Positions 40,190 through 53,191 of a stretch of 64,000 nucleotides of DNA are shown piece after piece (position 1 is the first letter of the stretch; every line of letters begins with the position of its first letter). Source of the DNA: the human T2T-CHM13v2.0 reference genome, Homo sapiens; NCBI RefSeq assembly GCF_009914755.1, contig NC_060927.1; one strand, 5' to 3'. The notes below the pieces were generated by a model. That model did not search any database and had not been told where the DNA came from. It saw only the letters and a program-made list of their open reading frames with translations. The translations under genes and the position numbers were made by a program.

Positions 40190-41045
40190 CCAATGTTAAA
40201 AAAAAACTAAAAGTTTTTAGAGTGTGAAATACAAAGTTAAACTTCATTCCTCATCCATCTCCAGAGGTGATCAATGTTATCAGGTCTCATATGTGGATCC
40301 AGACACTTTCTGTATTTATCCAAACACAAATGTATCCTCCCCAATGTACATATATTAATGGTAGTACAGTATAACGGTTATGAATGCAAGGCCTACAGTC
40401 TAATTCCTGGGTCTCACCCACCGGCTGTGTGATCTTAAGTATGTTACTGAACCTCCCAACTCCTCAATTTTTTTGTTTGTAATGAAGAAAATTATAATAT
40501 CTATGTCATAGGGTTGCTGTGAGAATCTAGCTTAGAAGAGCACCGACTTTACTGAAGAAGTATTCGACCAAAGTTAACTATTGATTGTTATTATGAATAA
40601 CAACATAATATTCATTTAAATCAAGAGAATAAGCATATATATGTAAATAGTGATTGCACATATATATATTTTCATATTTATACAAATGTATACCTGTAGA
40701 TACTGGTCTGCAACTTGCCTTTTGACATATATCTTGGACATGTTGTCATGCTACTATATATAAAGGTTTATTTGTAATCACTATACAGAATCTTAGTTTA
40801 TAGATATGTCATAATTTAATTATGAGCCCTGTATTAATGAATATCAATTTTTCCCAATCCTCTGCTTCATGTGAAATGTTTTAGTAGCATCTTTGTTTGT
40901 ACATGACTGTGCTTTTATAAAACTGTATGTGTAGGATAAATGCATAGAGGTGGGTCTAAGGGAATATGCCTTTACATTATTGGTGGTTAATGACAAACAT
41001 TCTACAAAATTTGTGCTAAGTTTTTCTTCTACCACCAAGATGAAA
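40190..41045 (-). mobile_element. L1ME-like fragment interrupted by a MIR (~40360-40590, +)
   Basis: ccagaggtgatcaatgttatcagg...; ctgcaacttgcctttt...atatcttggaca; MIR core ctgtgtgatcttaagtatgttactgaacctc...atagggttgctgtgag. Confidence 0.6.
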
Positions 41046-41449
41046 AAGTAGCCATGTAAGGGAGATGTTTTGAGAACTGCTCCTTTAAGGCCCTTTTTAG
41101 AATAAATGGTTATGAATGAAGCACCAAGATAGAAGAGGCCACTATGGAGTTTATGAAATCAGGCTTAATTAGTAACACATGATTGCTTTTGCCTTTTTGG
41201 CCAGTAGTCACACATCATAAACCAAAGCTTCAGTGGAGAATTATATTCCAAACATACAACTTCATTAAAGTCGGAAAGAAATATTACAAATGACAATTTT
41301 CACAACCTTAATATGCTATTTTAAAATTGCATAGGTATCATATTAGTCTTATAATTATTGTAATTAATTTTTAAGGACATGAAATAAGGAATTTGGATCA
41401 AGCTTAGCTTATTTCATGTTCTTCTCTATCTGCCTTGCCTTATTAGCAC

Positions 41450-41879
41450 CAGGGCTGCATTCGTGTGTGTATGACAGAGCTCCATGCTCAGTAGGGTCCC
41501 ACACATGAACAGTGCTTCATTGTTTTCATCTTGAAATACTTAATAATTTTTTTAATGTAATAATACTGCAATGAACATGAGAGTGCATCTTTAACATACT
41601 GATTTCATTTCCTTTGGATATATACCCAGTGGTGAGATTGCCGGATCATATGTTAGTTCTGTTTTTAATTTTTTGAGGAATCTCCATACTATTTTCCATA
41701 ATGGCTGTCCTAATTGACATTCTCCCTAACCATGTGCAGGTGTTCTTTTTTCTGCACATCCTCTCCAACACTTGTTATCGCTCATCTTTTTGATGACATG
41801 ATCATCACATGAATGCTTTTTGATGGACCCTCATGTTCATTTTGCAATGGGTCACACAATTTTCCTATAGCCAGTCCTG
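41450..41879 (+). mobile_element. MER91A (hAT-Tip100) split by an L1 fragment
   Basis: Termini cagggctg...ccagtcctg; catcttgaaatacttaataattttt | ggaccctcatgttcattttgcaatggg; 8-bp TSD attagcac/atgagcaa. Confidence 0.75.
41554..41796 (-). mobile_element. Internal L1M ORF2 C-terminal fragment with no 3'UTR
   Basis: catactgatttcatttcctttggatatatacccagtggtgagattgccggatcatatg...tttttgaggaatctccatact...tcctctccaacacttgttatc. Confidence 0.85.
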
Positions 41880-42034
41880 ATGAGCAATAATTACATTTCC
41901 TACTAATTAGCCTGGCTCAGTTGAAACACAGAATATTTGTTTGTCTTTTGAGAAATGCCTTGTGGTTGTGCTCATACTTTATGATAAAATAGCATTATTT
42001 AAAATATATGGAATATCAGCAAAGGAGTGTCACT

Positions 42035-43000
42035 CAATCCAAAATATATAAGAAGCTCAAACAACTCAATAGTAAGAAAATAAATAATCAATTAAAAAAT
42101 GGGAAAAGGACCTGAATAGGCATTTCTCAAAAGAAGACACATAAATGGCCAACAGGTATATTAAAAAAATGCTCAACATCACTAATCACCAGAGAAGTGA
42201 AAATTAAAATCATAATGTGATATCACCTCATACCTGTCAGAATGGCTATTCTGCAAGTTTTGGAGAGAATGTGAAGAAAAAAGAACCCTGTACACTACTG
42301 GTAGAAAAGTAAATTAGTACAATCTTTATGGAAAACATTATAAAGATTTTTTGAAAAATTAAAAATTGAACTACCATGTGATCCAGCAATCCCGCTGCTG
42401 AGTATATATCTAAAGGAAATAAAATCAGTATGTGAAAGAGATAACTGCTCATGTTCGTTGCAGCATTATTCCCAATAGCCAAGATACAGAATCAACCTAA
42501 ATGTTCATCAATGGATGAATGGATAAAGAAAATGCAGTGTATATACACAGTGGAATACTATTCAGCCTTAAAAAAGAAAGGAATCTTGTAATTTGCAACA
42601 TGGATGAAACTGGAGGACAATACATTAAGTGAAATAAGCCAGGCACAGAAAAACAAATACTGCATGATCTCACTTATATGTGGAATCAGAAAAAGCATAA
42701 GAGCAGAGAGTAGAATGATGGTCGCAAAAGGCTGAAGGAGGGTGGACAGGAATTAGAAAGGCGGTGGTCAAAGAACGCAAAATTTTATTGACAAGAGAAA
42801 TAAGTTCTAGTTATCTATTGTACAACATGATGATTATTGTTAATAACAATTTATTATATACTTGAAAATTGCTGGAAGAGTAGATTTGAAATGTTCTCAC
42901 CACAAAATGATAAATATGTGAGGCAATGCATATATTAATTAGCTTTGTTTAGCCATTCCACAATGTATACATATTATGAAACAAAAATAAAATAAAAATT
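42035..43000 (+). mobile_element. 5'-truncated L1MA (MA7-9-like) 3' end, set inside an older L1M remnant
   Basis: ggacctgaataggcatttctcaaaagaagac...ggaatactattcagccttaaaaaagaa...gtagatttgaaatgttctcaccacaaaatgataaatatgtgagg. Confidence 0.88.
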
Positions 43001-43404
43001 TATTAAGTTGATACAATAAATCAATGGGAGAAGGATGGACTATTTAGCACGGGAACAACTGGTTGAAAACTGTAGAAAAATTAAATTAAATTTGCTAATA
43101 GCCTTATCTCATATATCAGTATAAATTCTAGCTTGTTAAAGAGATAAATATAAAATAAATATGTGAGATCTCTGGAAACTATGTTTTCAAAGTGTGTCAG
43201 TCAAATAATACAGAGCTGTGAGAAAATAATTGTGGATGAGACTTGATATAGATCTATTTTAAAGGGATCCTATTCTGTGAAAAATCAAAATGACTTGCAT
43301 TTACGTAACTGTTTACTCTATAAGGGAGTAGTAGAATATCACTATACATAAATGAGTTTATTTTCCCACTCAAAGTGTTAGGCCAAATGAGAAGTTGCTC
43401 ATTT

Positions 43405-43922
43405 TCTACTGATGATGTATGCTTTAGAGATCTAATTATCCAATTATTCCAATTTGAAAAACAAAACTGAAGCTCAGGGAAATGTAATGATTTGTGTTCA
43501 GTGACAGCACATTAATAGCAGATCTTGAACTTGAACTGAGTCAGCTTCGCCACCTTCTCTTTCTTCACCAGGCCAGATTTTCCTGCCACATTTTGATAAC
43601 TGGTTCCAGTTGGAAGCAATTGCCACCATAATATTCCATGACTGGATTCTCCTTCCTGCTATACAAATCAAAAGCAATTAAAGATCTTTCAAACAACTGT
43701 GGAAGATGAGAGCTGCTCATGTCTTAGAATTAGAATACTTGGGTTCAGGTCTCCTGTCTGTGATCATGAATCTTAAGACTACCTCTGAACTTAACTTTCC
43801 TCATATTAATAGGATGTTAATAAAATCTATACCATAGGCATTTTTTCCAAAAAATTTAATGAGATTATCTATATGAAGGACTTGGACTACAGTTAGCACA
43901 CACACACACACACACACACACA
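43405..43922. mobile_element. Two MIR fragments (- at ~43405-43560, + at ~43710-43895) and (CA)n at 43897-43922
   Basis: aaaactgaagctcagggaaatgtaatgatttg; gggttcaggtctcc...tctgaacttaactttcctcat. Confidence 0.55.
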
Positions 43923-44044
43923 TAAAATGATTGTTTAAAACGATCAAACCAGAAAAATGATGCTTCACATAAACAATTTTTTCATATATCATAAATAAAA
44001 TACAATAAAAAGATGTATTTTAAATCAGATTTTGTTGTTTTAAT

Positions 44045-44122
44045 TAATTACAGCGCTTTGGGGTGCTGAGGTAAAAAGACTACTTGAGTCCAAAAATTTG
44101 AGATCAGCCTGGGCAACATAGC
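44045..44122 (+). mobile_element. Old Alu monomer (FLAM/AluJ) fragment
   Basis: cagcgctttggggtgctgagg...cttgagtccaaaaatttgagatcagcctgggcaacatagc. Confidence 0.75.
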
Positions 44123-44630
44123 TGTGGTAAACTTTAGCAACGAATATAGAGTTCCATAATTTTGAATTCCATTTCCTAAGTGACCCAGAGATATTCAGCA
44201 GAAGATGGCAAGCTCATAACTAAATTCAATTTTTATTTTCTTGTATCACTCATGTAAATAAAACATCTCTCTTATGTCTTTACTTTTGGTTTGTTTTAAT
44301 GTTAAGAGACATAACATGATGAGAGGAAATAAAAATTTTCAAAATGAGGAATAGAAGTTCTTGCTATGTAGACTTTTTAATTTAGGGCTAAGGGAACTGA
44401 AGGAATTCAGTTGAGGGAAAGATAGTCTGAGCAATTATAGAAGCCACTCGTTGACGACCATGTTCACATGACAGGGAGACAGCTCAAGGAGGAAATGAGG
44501 GGTGGTTACAGGAGAAAAGTACAGAAAATTTGAGCCAGTTCTCCTTTCCTCTAGTTTTCTGTTTTAAGGCTAACTTTATTGAAGTCTAATTTGTGTACAA
44601 CAAAGGGCGTTTCTTAAAAATTTACAAATT

Positions 44631-44983
<353 letters not shown>

Positions 44984-45769
44984 TCAATATAGTGGATATT
45001 TCTGTCACCCCCAAATGATTCCTTGTGCTTCTTTGTAGCCAATTCCTTCCTCCCTGATGTGCTGTAGCTACAGATTAGGCCTTGAACCTTGGAGCCCAAT
45101 AACACCTCTTCGCATGTCCCTCAATAAATTTACCTGCTATTATTCCCTAGGGATTTTGTTTTTATTCAGTATATTCTTTACATTCCTGGGAAAATAAATA
45201 GAATATGTTTCATCAATAATCGTCCAGCTTTATTTAATAATTAGAATCAATTATGTAGAGGAATCAATGTTTATGATTTAAAATGTTCAATAGTAAAGCC
45301 AAAAAACCTGGTTCCTTATTCAAAATCCAAGCTGGTTGGGAGAAATATATACAGGTGGAAAAGTCCCAGGAAGATCAGTTTCTAAAAATATGAGTCATAG
45401 CTCCCTGCAGTATGGTGGGAGTAAAAGTCATTTTTATTTTCACTGCAGTGCATAAAGGGGACATCACTAAATGAATGAAAAGATGGATAGATGGATGAAA
45501 GGAGGAAGGGAGAGAAGACCACATCAAAGTCACTTAACTTGTGATAATTCAGAATATTCAGAGACTGGAAGAGAAAGAATGTCTTTGTAAGACTATACTG
45601 CCTGTTGGGCAGGAACACAGACTTAACGTTGACGAGCCTCAGGTTTTAATACCAGCTCCAAAACTAAGGTTGCTGAACTTCATTTTTGTGACTTGTAAAA
45701 TGAGCAAGATGATATTGATATTGCAGACTTGACTTAATGGTTAAATTAAATCATTTGTGTTAAGAAGGT

Positions 45770-45970
45770 GGTACAAGAAGCCAGACAAAAAAGAACGTAC
45801 ACTATGATTTCATTTATACAGCTAAAAAACTGTCAAAACTAAGCTGGGGTGATGAAAGTTGGAATAGGTCCTACCTTTAAGTGGAGGATTGTTACTAGGA
45901 AGGAGCATGAGGAAGGCTTCTGGGTTGTTGATGTTTTACTGTTTTATCTGAGGAGTGGTTCACTCACTTA
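45770..45970 (+). mobile_element. L1ME-like 3' UTR fragment
   Basis: aagaagccagacaaaaaagaacgtacactatgatttcatttata...ggaaggagcatgaggaaggcttctgggttgttgatgttt. Confidence 0.7.
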
Positions 45971-45972
45971 GT

Positions 45973-46347
45973 ATTAGCTCCAATCTTGAAACTGGGATGC
46001 CTAATCTAGTCTTTGCTTTGCCATATAGGAACCTATATACACTTACAGAAATCCCATGATGTTCCAGGCACTGGCAAGGTCCTAGGGATGAAATTAAAGA
46101 TAAGATTTGGGTTTTGTGTTGTTCATTTATAAGACTATAGTACCTTCATTTATGAAATGACAGGATCTGGTGAACTCTAAACTCTTCCAGCTCTAAAATT
46201 CTATGGAAAAAATCAATGAATATATTCATTTCTTCTTCCTACAAATATTTATTATGATTTAAAAACTGTGCTGTAGGTGTTGATGATGGAGTAAACAAGG
46301 CAGAGAATGTCCCTGCGCTTATCGGACTTATATCCAGGGAAGTGAAG
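45973..46347 (+). repeat. Dispersed direct duplication, copy 1 (375 bp)
   Basis: About 85% identical to 50298-50672 by hand alignment. Confidence 0.95.
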
Positions 46348-46638
46348 TCATGGGAGCGTGTATGTATGTGTGTGTGTATATATATTCACTACTTAAATGA
46401 TACATGCTACCTTTTTAGATAAAAGAAGTAGGGAGGCTACATCCATATGTTCATGTATGATGCTGTAAAACCACCTCAAAGATATCTCTTAGAAAATACA
46501 CTGGTTGCTTGTTTGGGTAAAAGAGATAGAAGATGGGGCTATTCATAGACTACCTCAGAACATTTATCCCTATTTCAAGGATATAAATGTATTAGCTATT
46601 TAGGAAATTAAATAAAAATCTAAAAATAGCACAGAGTA

Positions 46639-46949
46639 GGCCGGGTGCAATGGCTCATGCCTGTAATCCTAGCACTTTGGGAGGCGGAGGCAGGTGGAAC
46701 CCCTGAGGTCAAGAGTTCAAGACCAGCCTGGCCACAATGGTGAAACCTCATCTCTACTACATCTCTACCAAAATTACAAAAATTAGCCTGGTGTGGTGGT
46801 GGGTACCTGTAATCCCAGCTACCCAGGAGGCTGAGGCAGAAGAATCGCTTGAACCCAGGAGGCAGAGGTTAGAGTGAGCCGAGATCGTACCATTGTACTA
46901 CAGCCTTGGCAACAGAGCAAAAACTCTATCTCAAAAAAAGAAAGAAAAA
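46639..46949 (+). mobile_element. AluSx/Sz-like with an internal 11-bp duplication
   Basis: TSD aaaaatagcacagagta / aaaaatagcacagagca; catctctacta-catctctacca. Confidence 0.95.
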
Positions 46950-47518
46950 AAAAATAGCACAGAGCAAAGCCCATTTCTCCTCCTTGTCATTTCTCAATCA
47001 GTGTGGTCCTTTGTGGGTGGGGATAGGTAATGGTATAATGATGAGCCTGCCTTGAAGTTCTTGTTCCAAAAAATCAACTTTTTGACAGAAAAAAAAAGGC
47101 TTTTTTCCCTTGTGATCCATAATATTAGTAAAAATACTTTGGCTTCCAGGGGCGTCTATGAGGAATGTCTGATAACTCAACAATTCTTTCTAAATGCTGT
47201 AATAATTTTGGAAAATACCTACCGTGCAGCCCATAGCAACTTTCTGGAATGCTGCTTTAATTTGCTTCTCTTTTTCCCTATTCCAACAAGAACAATGACA
47301 ACAACAAAAATTAACTTAGAGAAGCATCTGCTGGAACAAGTGGTGATTATTTCCAAGCCCAAACAAAAGTAGGTAGGGAAAGAATTATTCAGAGAAAACA
47401 TTTTTCAAGATCTTCTCCAGTGTGTGAGAGAGTATGTGAGAAGGAAAATGCACATGTGGATAAAATGTTTTCATTTGACGTCGAAAATGATAGGGAAGTG
47501 AGAGTCTGAAAACGGTTT

Positions 47519-47719
47519 CACAATGAGAACACATGGACACAGGGAGGGGAAAGGGAACAACACACGCCAGGGCCTGTTGTGGGGTGAGGGGAGAAGGGAG
47601 GGAACTTAGATGAAGGGTCAATAGGTGCAGCAAACCACCATGGCATAAGTATACCTATGTGACAAACCTGCATGTTCTGTACATGTATTTTATGTAAAAA
47701 AAAAAAAAAAATGAATAAA
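47519..47719 (+). mobile_element. Very short 5'-truncated L1PA (about L1PA8): 3'UTR and polyA
   Basis: caatgagaacacatggacacaggg...aataggtgcagcaaaccaccatggca...aaacctgcatgttctg; TSD gaaaacggttt / gaaaacagttt. Confidence 0.9.
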
Positions 47720-50297
47720 GAAAACAGTTTTAGTTAAAAAAAAGAACAAAAATGCAAACAAAGAAAAACTCCTTTAAAATTTGTGATGTACTTATTAGAA
47801 TTATGGATAGCTGTAAATTGCAAAAATCACAATGATAGGCATGATAGTGTAAGCTTCTTTATGGTGAGGACCCTGTTGTCAATTTCTTTTGTATCTCTCT
47901 TAGCATGGATATAGGCATGTAGTTGGGAGATCTTTTTAAGACACCAGATGGGCAATGTGGCAATAGAGAAAGCAGTACATGGAGAAGCAATATGCTCTCT
48001 GCTGAACTTGGAATAATCTCTTATCTCACCAAGCCTCAGTGTATCCATCTATACAATGGGTACAATGCTCTGATTAACCTCTGCCAGTTATAAAATATGA
48101 CTCACTTGATTCAGTTGAACATTCCAAAATTTCTGTGCTGTGAGATTTGGGAACATGGATTTTTTTGCTGCTGGTCTATATTATTAATAAAGGAAAGTTT
48201 TAACTTTTATACCTCCTGTTAAAACCACTATTGGATAGGATCTAGTTTATACACCACTTACATTAAGTTGTCGAGTCTGGCACGTTCTAACAGTGAAGTT
48301 TTTTTTTTTACACGTGAGGCTGTTTGTTCTTGTCTTCCTGAGTATTTTCCTGTTGAATGTTTTATGCTCCCAAGGAACTCTGGTATGTTGAATTGTATTT
48401 ATTGAAAGCTTGTAAACCCTTGATCTTAGAGAATAAAAATCGGGGAGCAGGAGAAAAAGCTTAAAAATGCTTTGAATCCTGAGAAAATATTTCTGTAAGT
48501 TAAAATAAGGGTGAATAATGGTGAGGATAGCTTACAGTTCCAGAAAACAAATGGAAAATTTTGGAGATATTAAAGGCAAGAATAAATTTAATAATTTTTT
48601 TCTTGGCTAGCATGAACTTTTATATTTTGGATTGGATCCTTTAATGCTTAGATTAACATGCCATCCTTATTTTTATTGACATATTTGTATGTGCCACTTA
48701 CAATTCTAGGATGTTACAACAAATTTTTTTATACATTCCAGGTTGCATATTCTATGTAATTGGCTACTTTTCAATGACTTGTTTGCACAATTTTTGAGTC
48801 TTCACTTTAGCCCCTGATTTCTCTTTCATATATTGAAGTTTAAGCTTATATCTCACTTCTCATTGAAGTCGCCAGTAACTTTAAATCATGACTAAGAGAA
48901 TCTTAGGGGCTACAATTACGATAAAACTCTTATGACATGGGTCACTGTTCTTTAATTGAGGTGGTCCACTTACTGTGTAAATGTTTTAAAAAATCAATTA
49001 GAATAATATTTATATTATCTTTATGTACTTGATTTTCATATTGGCATTTAAAAGTGTGTTTTAACTAAAATTTTATTTTGCACCAATTCCATAAGTTAAC
49101 TTTGGCATCCTCTAAAGAAATTTCACTTACAGAGAAAAAAAAATGTGTCTAATTAACTTTTTCCTTAGAGTTGTTTGTTTATAAGTCATCCTAGAACTCA
49201 TTCCCTGGCTATTTTGAAATTTTTTCAGCAATCTAAATTTACTAGTTTAGTCTTTTTAAAAACGTTATCTTTTTAGGGAATTGAATTTGATGGTTTTACT
49301 AATAACTGAAATACTGTGATTAACCAATTACTTTATTATTGTTTTTAATTGTGATAAAATATGCATACCAATTATTTTAATATCTGAACATATCTATTAA
49401 GACTAAGAAATAGAATATTTCTTGTTTTTAAATGAAGTGCTCTATTCCATGCCCTTAAGTCATACCTAGGAAACCCATAGCTCATAAAGGCTGCTGGAAC
49501 ATGCAGGCCCATGTCAGAATTAAACCAATAGAGGGTCTCTGAAACTTGAATTTTCATCTTGGTGAGTCTTCTGGGGTTATTTATTCATGTGTTCTTGCTC
49601 CAAATGTCTGCTTCTTTTTTTTTTTTTGCTTTTATTGGGTGAAAGACAGCATAATAATTCTATGTATTTAAATGCAACTGATATAATACATAATGGGGCA
49701 GAACTTTAAACTCTTATGCCCTCTGAAAACATTGTAAAGGCTGGAATGAAAACGTAAATGCAGGCACTCATGTAGTTATAAAGGATGAACTTTCGAAAAT
49801 TGAAACAGTCTTCTCTTCAGAAAGATGCTCAGTGATTTGTGTGCAAGATAGGGCTGGAACAAGGGACTCCTGACTATCAGGGACTCTGCAGATTATTTGT
49901 AGTTGTCTCTCTGTTGTTGATCAAATAATGAATGTAAAAGATGGTTGTTATATCTGTAGAGAGCCTCATTGTATTTTGTATTAAACCTTTCAATAAAAGT
50001 GAATAGTTTTACTTCCATTAGTTGGAAAGGACAACTTATAACTTATCAGAAGTCTCCTGACAGCATAATACCAAGTTCTAGAATGAAAATAAAATGCCTA
50101 CAAATATTTGGTTTGGTTAAGATTAAAGATGCCTGGTTCAAGCATGCTACTTTGTTGTGGCAGTAAAATGTATGCACAATGCCATTTAAACAACAGAAAA
50201 AAAAGGATGAAAGAAAAAAAAAGTTTCTCAGGTAACAGAGGAAATCTGAAAAGATATCATATACCTGTAGAAAAAAGAAAAAAACCCACTTTATGGA

Positions 50298-50672
50298 ATT
50301 AGCTCCAATCTTCAATTTGGGATGCCTAATCTAGTCTTCGCTTTTGCTGTAGGAGAATCTACATATACTTGTGGAAAACTTATACTTCAGGCACTGGCAA
50401 GGTCCTAGGGATGAAATAAAAAATAAGATTTCGCTTCTGTGTTCTTCATTTATAAGACCATAGTGCCTTCATTTATAAAATTAAAGGATCCGGTGAACTC
50501 TAAACTCTTCCAGCTCTAAAATTTCATGGAAAAAAAATCAATGAATATATTCATGTATTCCTCCTACAAATATTTATTATAATTTAGAAACTGTGCTGTA
50601 GGTATTGATTATAGAGTAAACAAGGCATAAAATGTTCCTGCCCTTATAGGGCTTACATCTGGGGAAGTGAAG
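50298..50672 (+). repeat. Dispersed direct duplication, copy 2 (probable donor); contains MIR3-like and L2 pieces, and the L2 continues to ~50820
   Basis: Shares perfect blocks caggcactggcaaggtcctagggatgaaat and ggtgaactctaaactcttccagctctaaaatt with copy 1. Confidence 0.95.
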
Positions 50673-51119
50673 ACAGAGCCTGAAAAAATATCCAAATAAA
50701 TATAATATAATTTTGCATTGTAAAAAATTTCGTGAAGAAAAAGAAGCACATAGGGTGATGTGATATTCCTGGAAGATCTATGTGTATTACCAGAATACAG
50801 ATTGGAGGACAAGCTCTGTTCTGAGCTTGTGTTGTTGAGAGTGTGCATGGGCAATTAGTTTTTATAATATGAATCTAAATATAGTTTATAAAATAAATGC
50901 ATGAAGACATTTTGAGAGACAGCCTTACATAATATACTCATGAGAATTATTCAGTAAAATAATCTTCTATCAGATGAAATGTACAATAAAATTGGCTTGT
51001 TGAACGTCATTGTCCTATATAGTGGTAGCATCTATGATGTAAAACATTGTCTAGGAGAGGACCTGAATCTTAGGTGAATAGTAAGTGCCATAAAAGTAAT
51101 GCCAAACATGAAGACACAA

Positions 51120-51590
51120 TGTGTAGTGATGGAGGGCACAGACTGTGGAGCCAGACTGCCCCAGTTCACATTCCAACTCTGCCACTGTGGAAGCTTAGGG
51201 GAGTAACTTTATTTCCTTGTGCCTCAGTGTGCTCATCTGTAAAATGGGATTAAAAAGTAGTCCCGGACAGGAGCAGTGGCTCACAGCTGTAATCCCAGTT
51301 TTGGGAGGCCAAGGCGGTTGGATCACGAGGTCAGGAGATGGAGACCATCGTGGCTAACACGGTGAAACCCCGTCTCTACTAAAAAATACAAAAAATTAGC
51401 CGGGTGTGGTGGCGGGCGCCTGTAGTCCCAGCTACTAGGGAGGCTGAGGAAGGAGAATGGCGTGAACTGGCAAGCTTGCAGTGAGCCGAGATCGTACCAC
51501 TGCACTTCAGCCTGGGAGAAAGACTCCCTCTCAAAAAAAAAAAAAAAGGAGTCCCTATTTCATGAAGTTTCTGTGAGAATTAAAGGGGAT
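51120..51590 (+). mobile_element. MIR split by an AluY
   Basis: gtgtagtgatggagggcacagactgtggagccagactgcc...cctcagtgtgctcatctgtaaaatggg | ctatttcatgaagtttctgtgagaattaaa. Confidence 0.8.
51265..51545 (+). mobile_element. AluY with small deletions
   Basis: Y diagnostics gagaccatc..ggctaacacggtg, gagaatggcgtgaac, gcttgcagtgag; TSD aaaaagtagtccc / aaaaaggagtccc. Confidence 0.93.
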
Positions 51591-51739
51591 TAAATTAACT
51601 TGGGGGGGGGGTCTAAATTATTATTAATAGCGTATTTTAATCTATTTAATTTTAAGATGGCTATAATGTAATTAAAGCACTACTTTAAATATACGCCGAG
51701 TACTAGGCAATGAGTAAACATTATAAAAGTATAAAAGTC

Positions 51740-52033
51740 GGCCGGGCGCGGTGGCTCACGCCTGTAATCCCAGCACTTTGGGACGCCGAGGCAGGCGGTT
51801 CACAAGGTCAGCAGATCGAGACCATCCTGGCTAACACGGTGAAACCCCGTCTCTACTAAAAATACAAAAAATTAGCCAGGCGTGGTGGCGGGCGCCTGTA
51901 GTTCCAGCTACTCGGGAGGTTGAGGCAGGAGGATGGCGTGAACCAGGGAGATGGAGCTTTTGCAGTGAGCCGAGATCACACCACTGCACTCCAGCCTAGG
52001 CGACAGAGCAAGACTGTCTCAAAAAAAAAAAAA
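51740..52033 (+). mobile_element. AluY
   Basis: CpG-rich; gatcgagaccatcctggctaacacggtg, atggcgtgaacc; TSD aaaagtataaaagtc / aaaggtataaaagtc. Confidence 0.96.
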
Positions 52034-53191
52034 AAAGGTATAAAAGTCATTTCTCTTCCTCACTACTTCCAACAATGACATTTTGAGTTACACAAACAAT
52101 TCATTTTTAAAAGATTATAATTGAAAGTGTATGAATTGTGCTGAAGAAACTAAGTAAACTTCAGCTAGAGGAAAAAAATCCCAAATGCCCTTCATCATCT
52201 TACTGGACAATGGAATGCTCCCTTCATTATAGATATCAATAGACTAATAGATAATGGAAAGATAACAATGGAGTATGAATGAAGTGTAACATTTTCTCAA
52301 ACTTCCCAGTGGAAGCAAAAGAATTTTTAAATATATGTCTGGCAAATTAATTTTGTGGAGTATAGTTTACTAGAATTATGGGGAAAAAAAAGCAGACGGC
52401 CAGTATGGCTATTATTCTAGCTATGTGCTAAAATATATGCCTATAATAATGTTTTAATTTAACCCTAACATCCCAGGAGTTACACTGATATCGAACTTGA
52501 ACTCTAAAAACTCATATTTGCGAAGACTTCCAACGTATACCTCAGGTTACCTGTAAATATGCTCTTAGGCATGTGTACATGAGTCCCAAGGAAACTTTTG
52601 CCAAAATGTGTAATTGTTTTATATGAGGGTTTTAAGACAGCACTTTTAAATTACTTTAAAGTAGGATTACAAATTGAAGTTATTCATGATTTAATTCCCT
52701 TGGCTAGTAATATGGAAGTCTAGCTCCCCAAAACTTTGAAAAAACAAAACCCCCTGAAATTTATAAAGCAACAGTTTTTTTAAAGCTTTGTTGCTACAAA
52801 GTGAGACTGTGAGAATGAAAGTTAAAGGCCTTTGCTATTCCATCCATATTCAGTTTGGATATCCTCAAAGTAATTGAAAATTTACTTTTGAATATGCTGA
52901 AAATCGAGTCCATAAGTATCTAGTAGAATAGCTTTTGATTGGCCAGATTCTATCTCTGACTCTTACTATGCTTTAGAATTCTTTTATGAACTCTTTTTCT
53001 GATCACTGGGAAGAAGAAGGCAGTAAGAGAAAAGAGCAATATAAGAAATTGATAACTCCAAGGGCCATAGTTCGTTTATGTTTCTCATAGTTATATACGT
53101 CTTATGTTCATTTTAAAATTTTAAAACAATAAAAGGAGCACATATATGAGCATAAATAGGTATAAACATATTCTTTGTTTCCCAAAGAATT

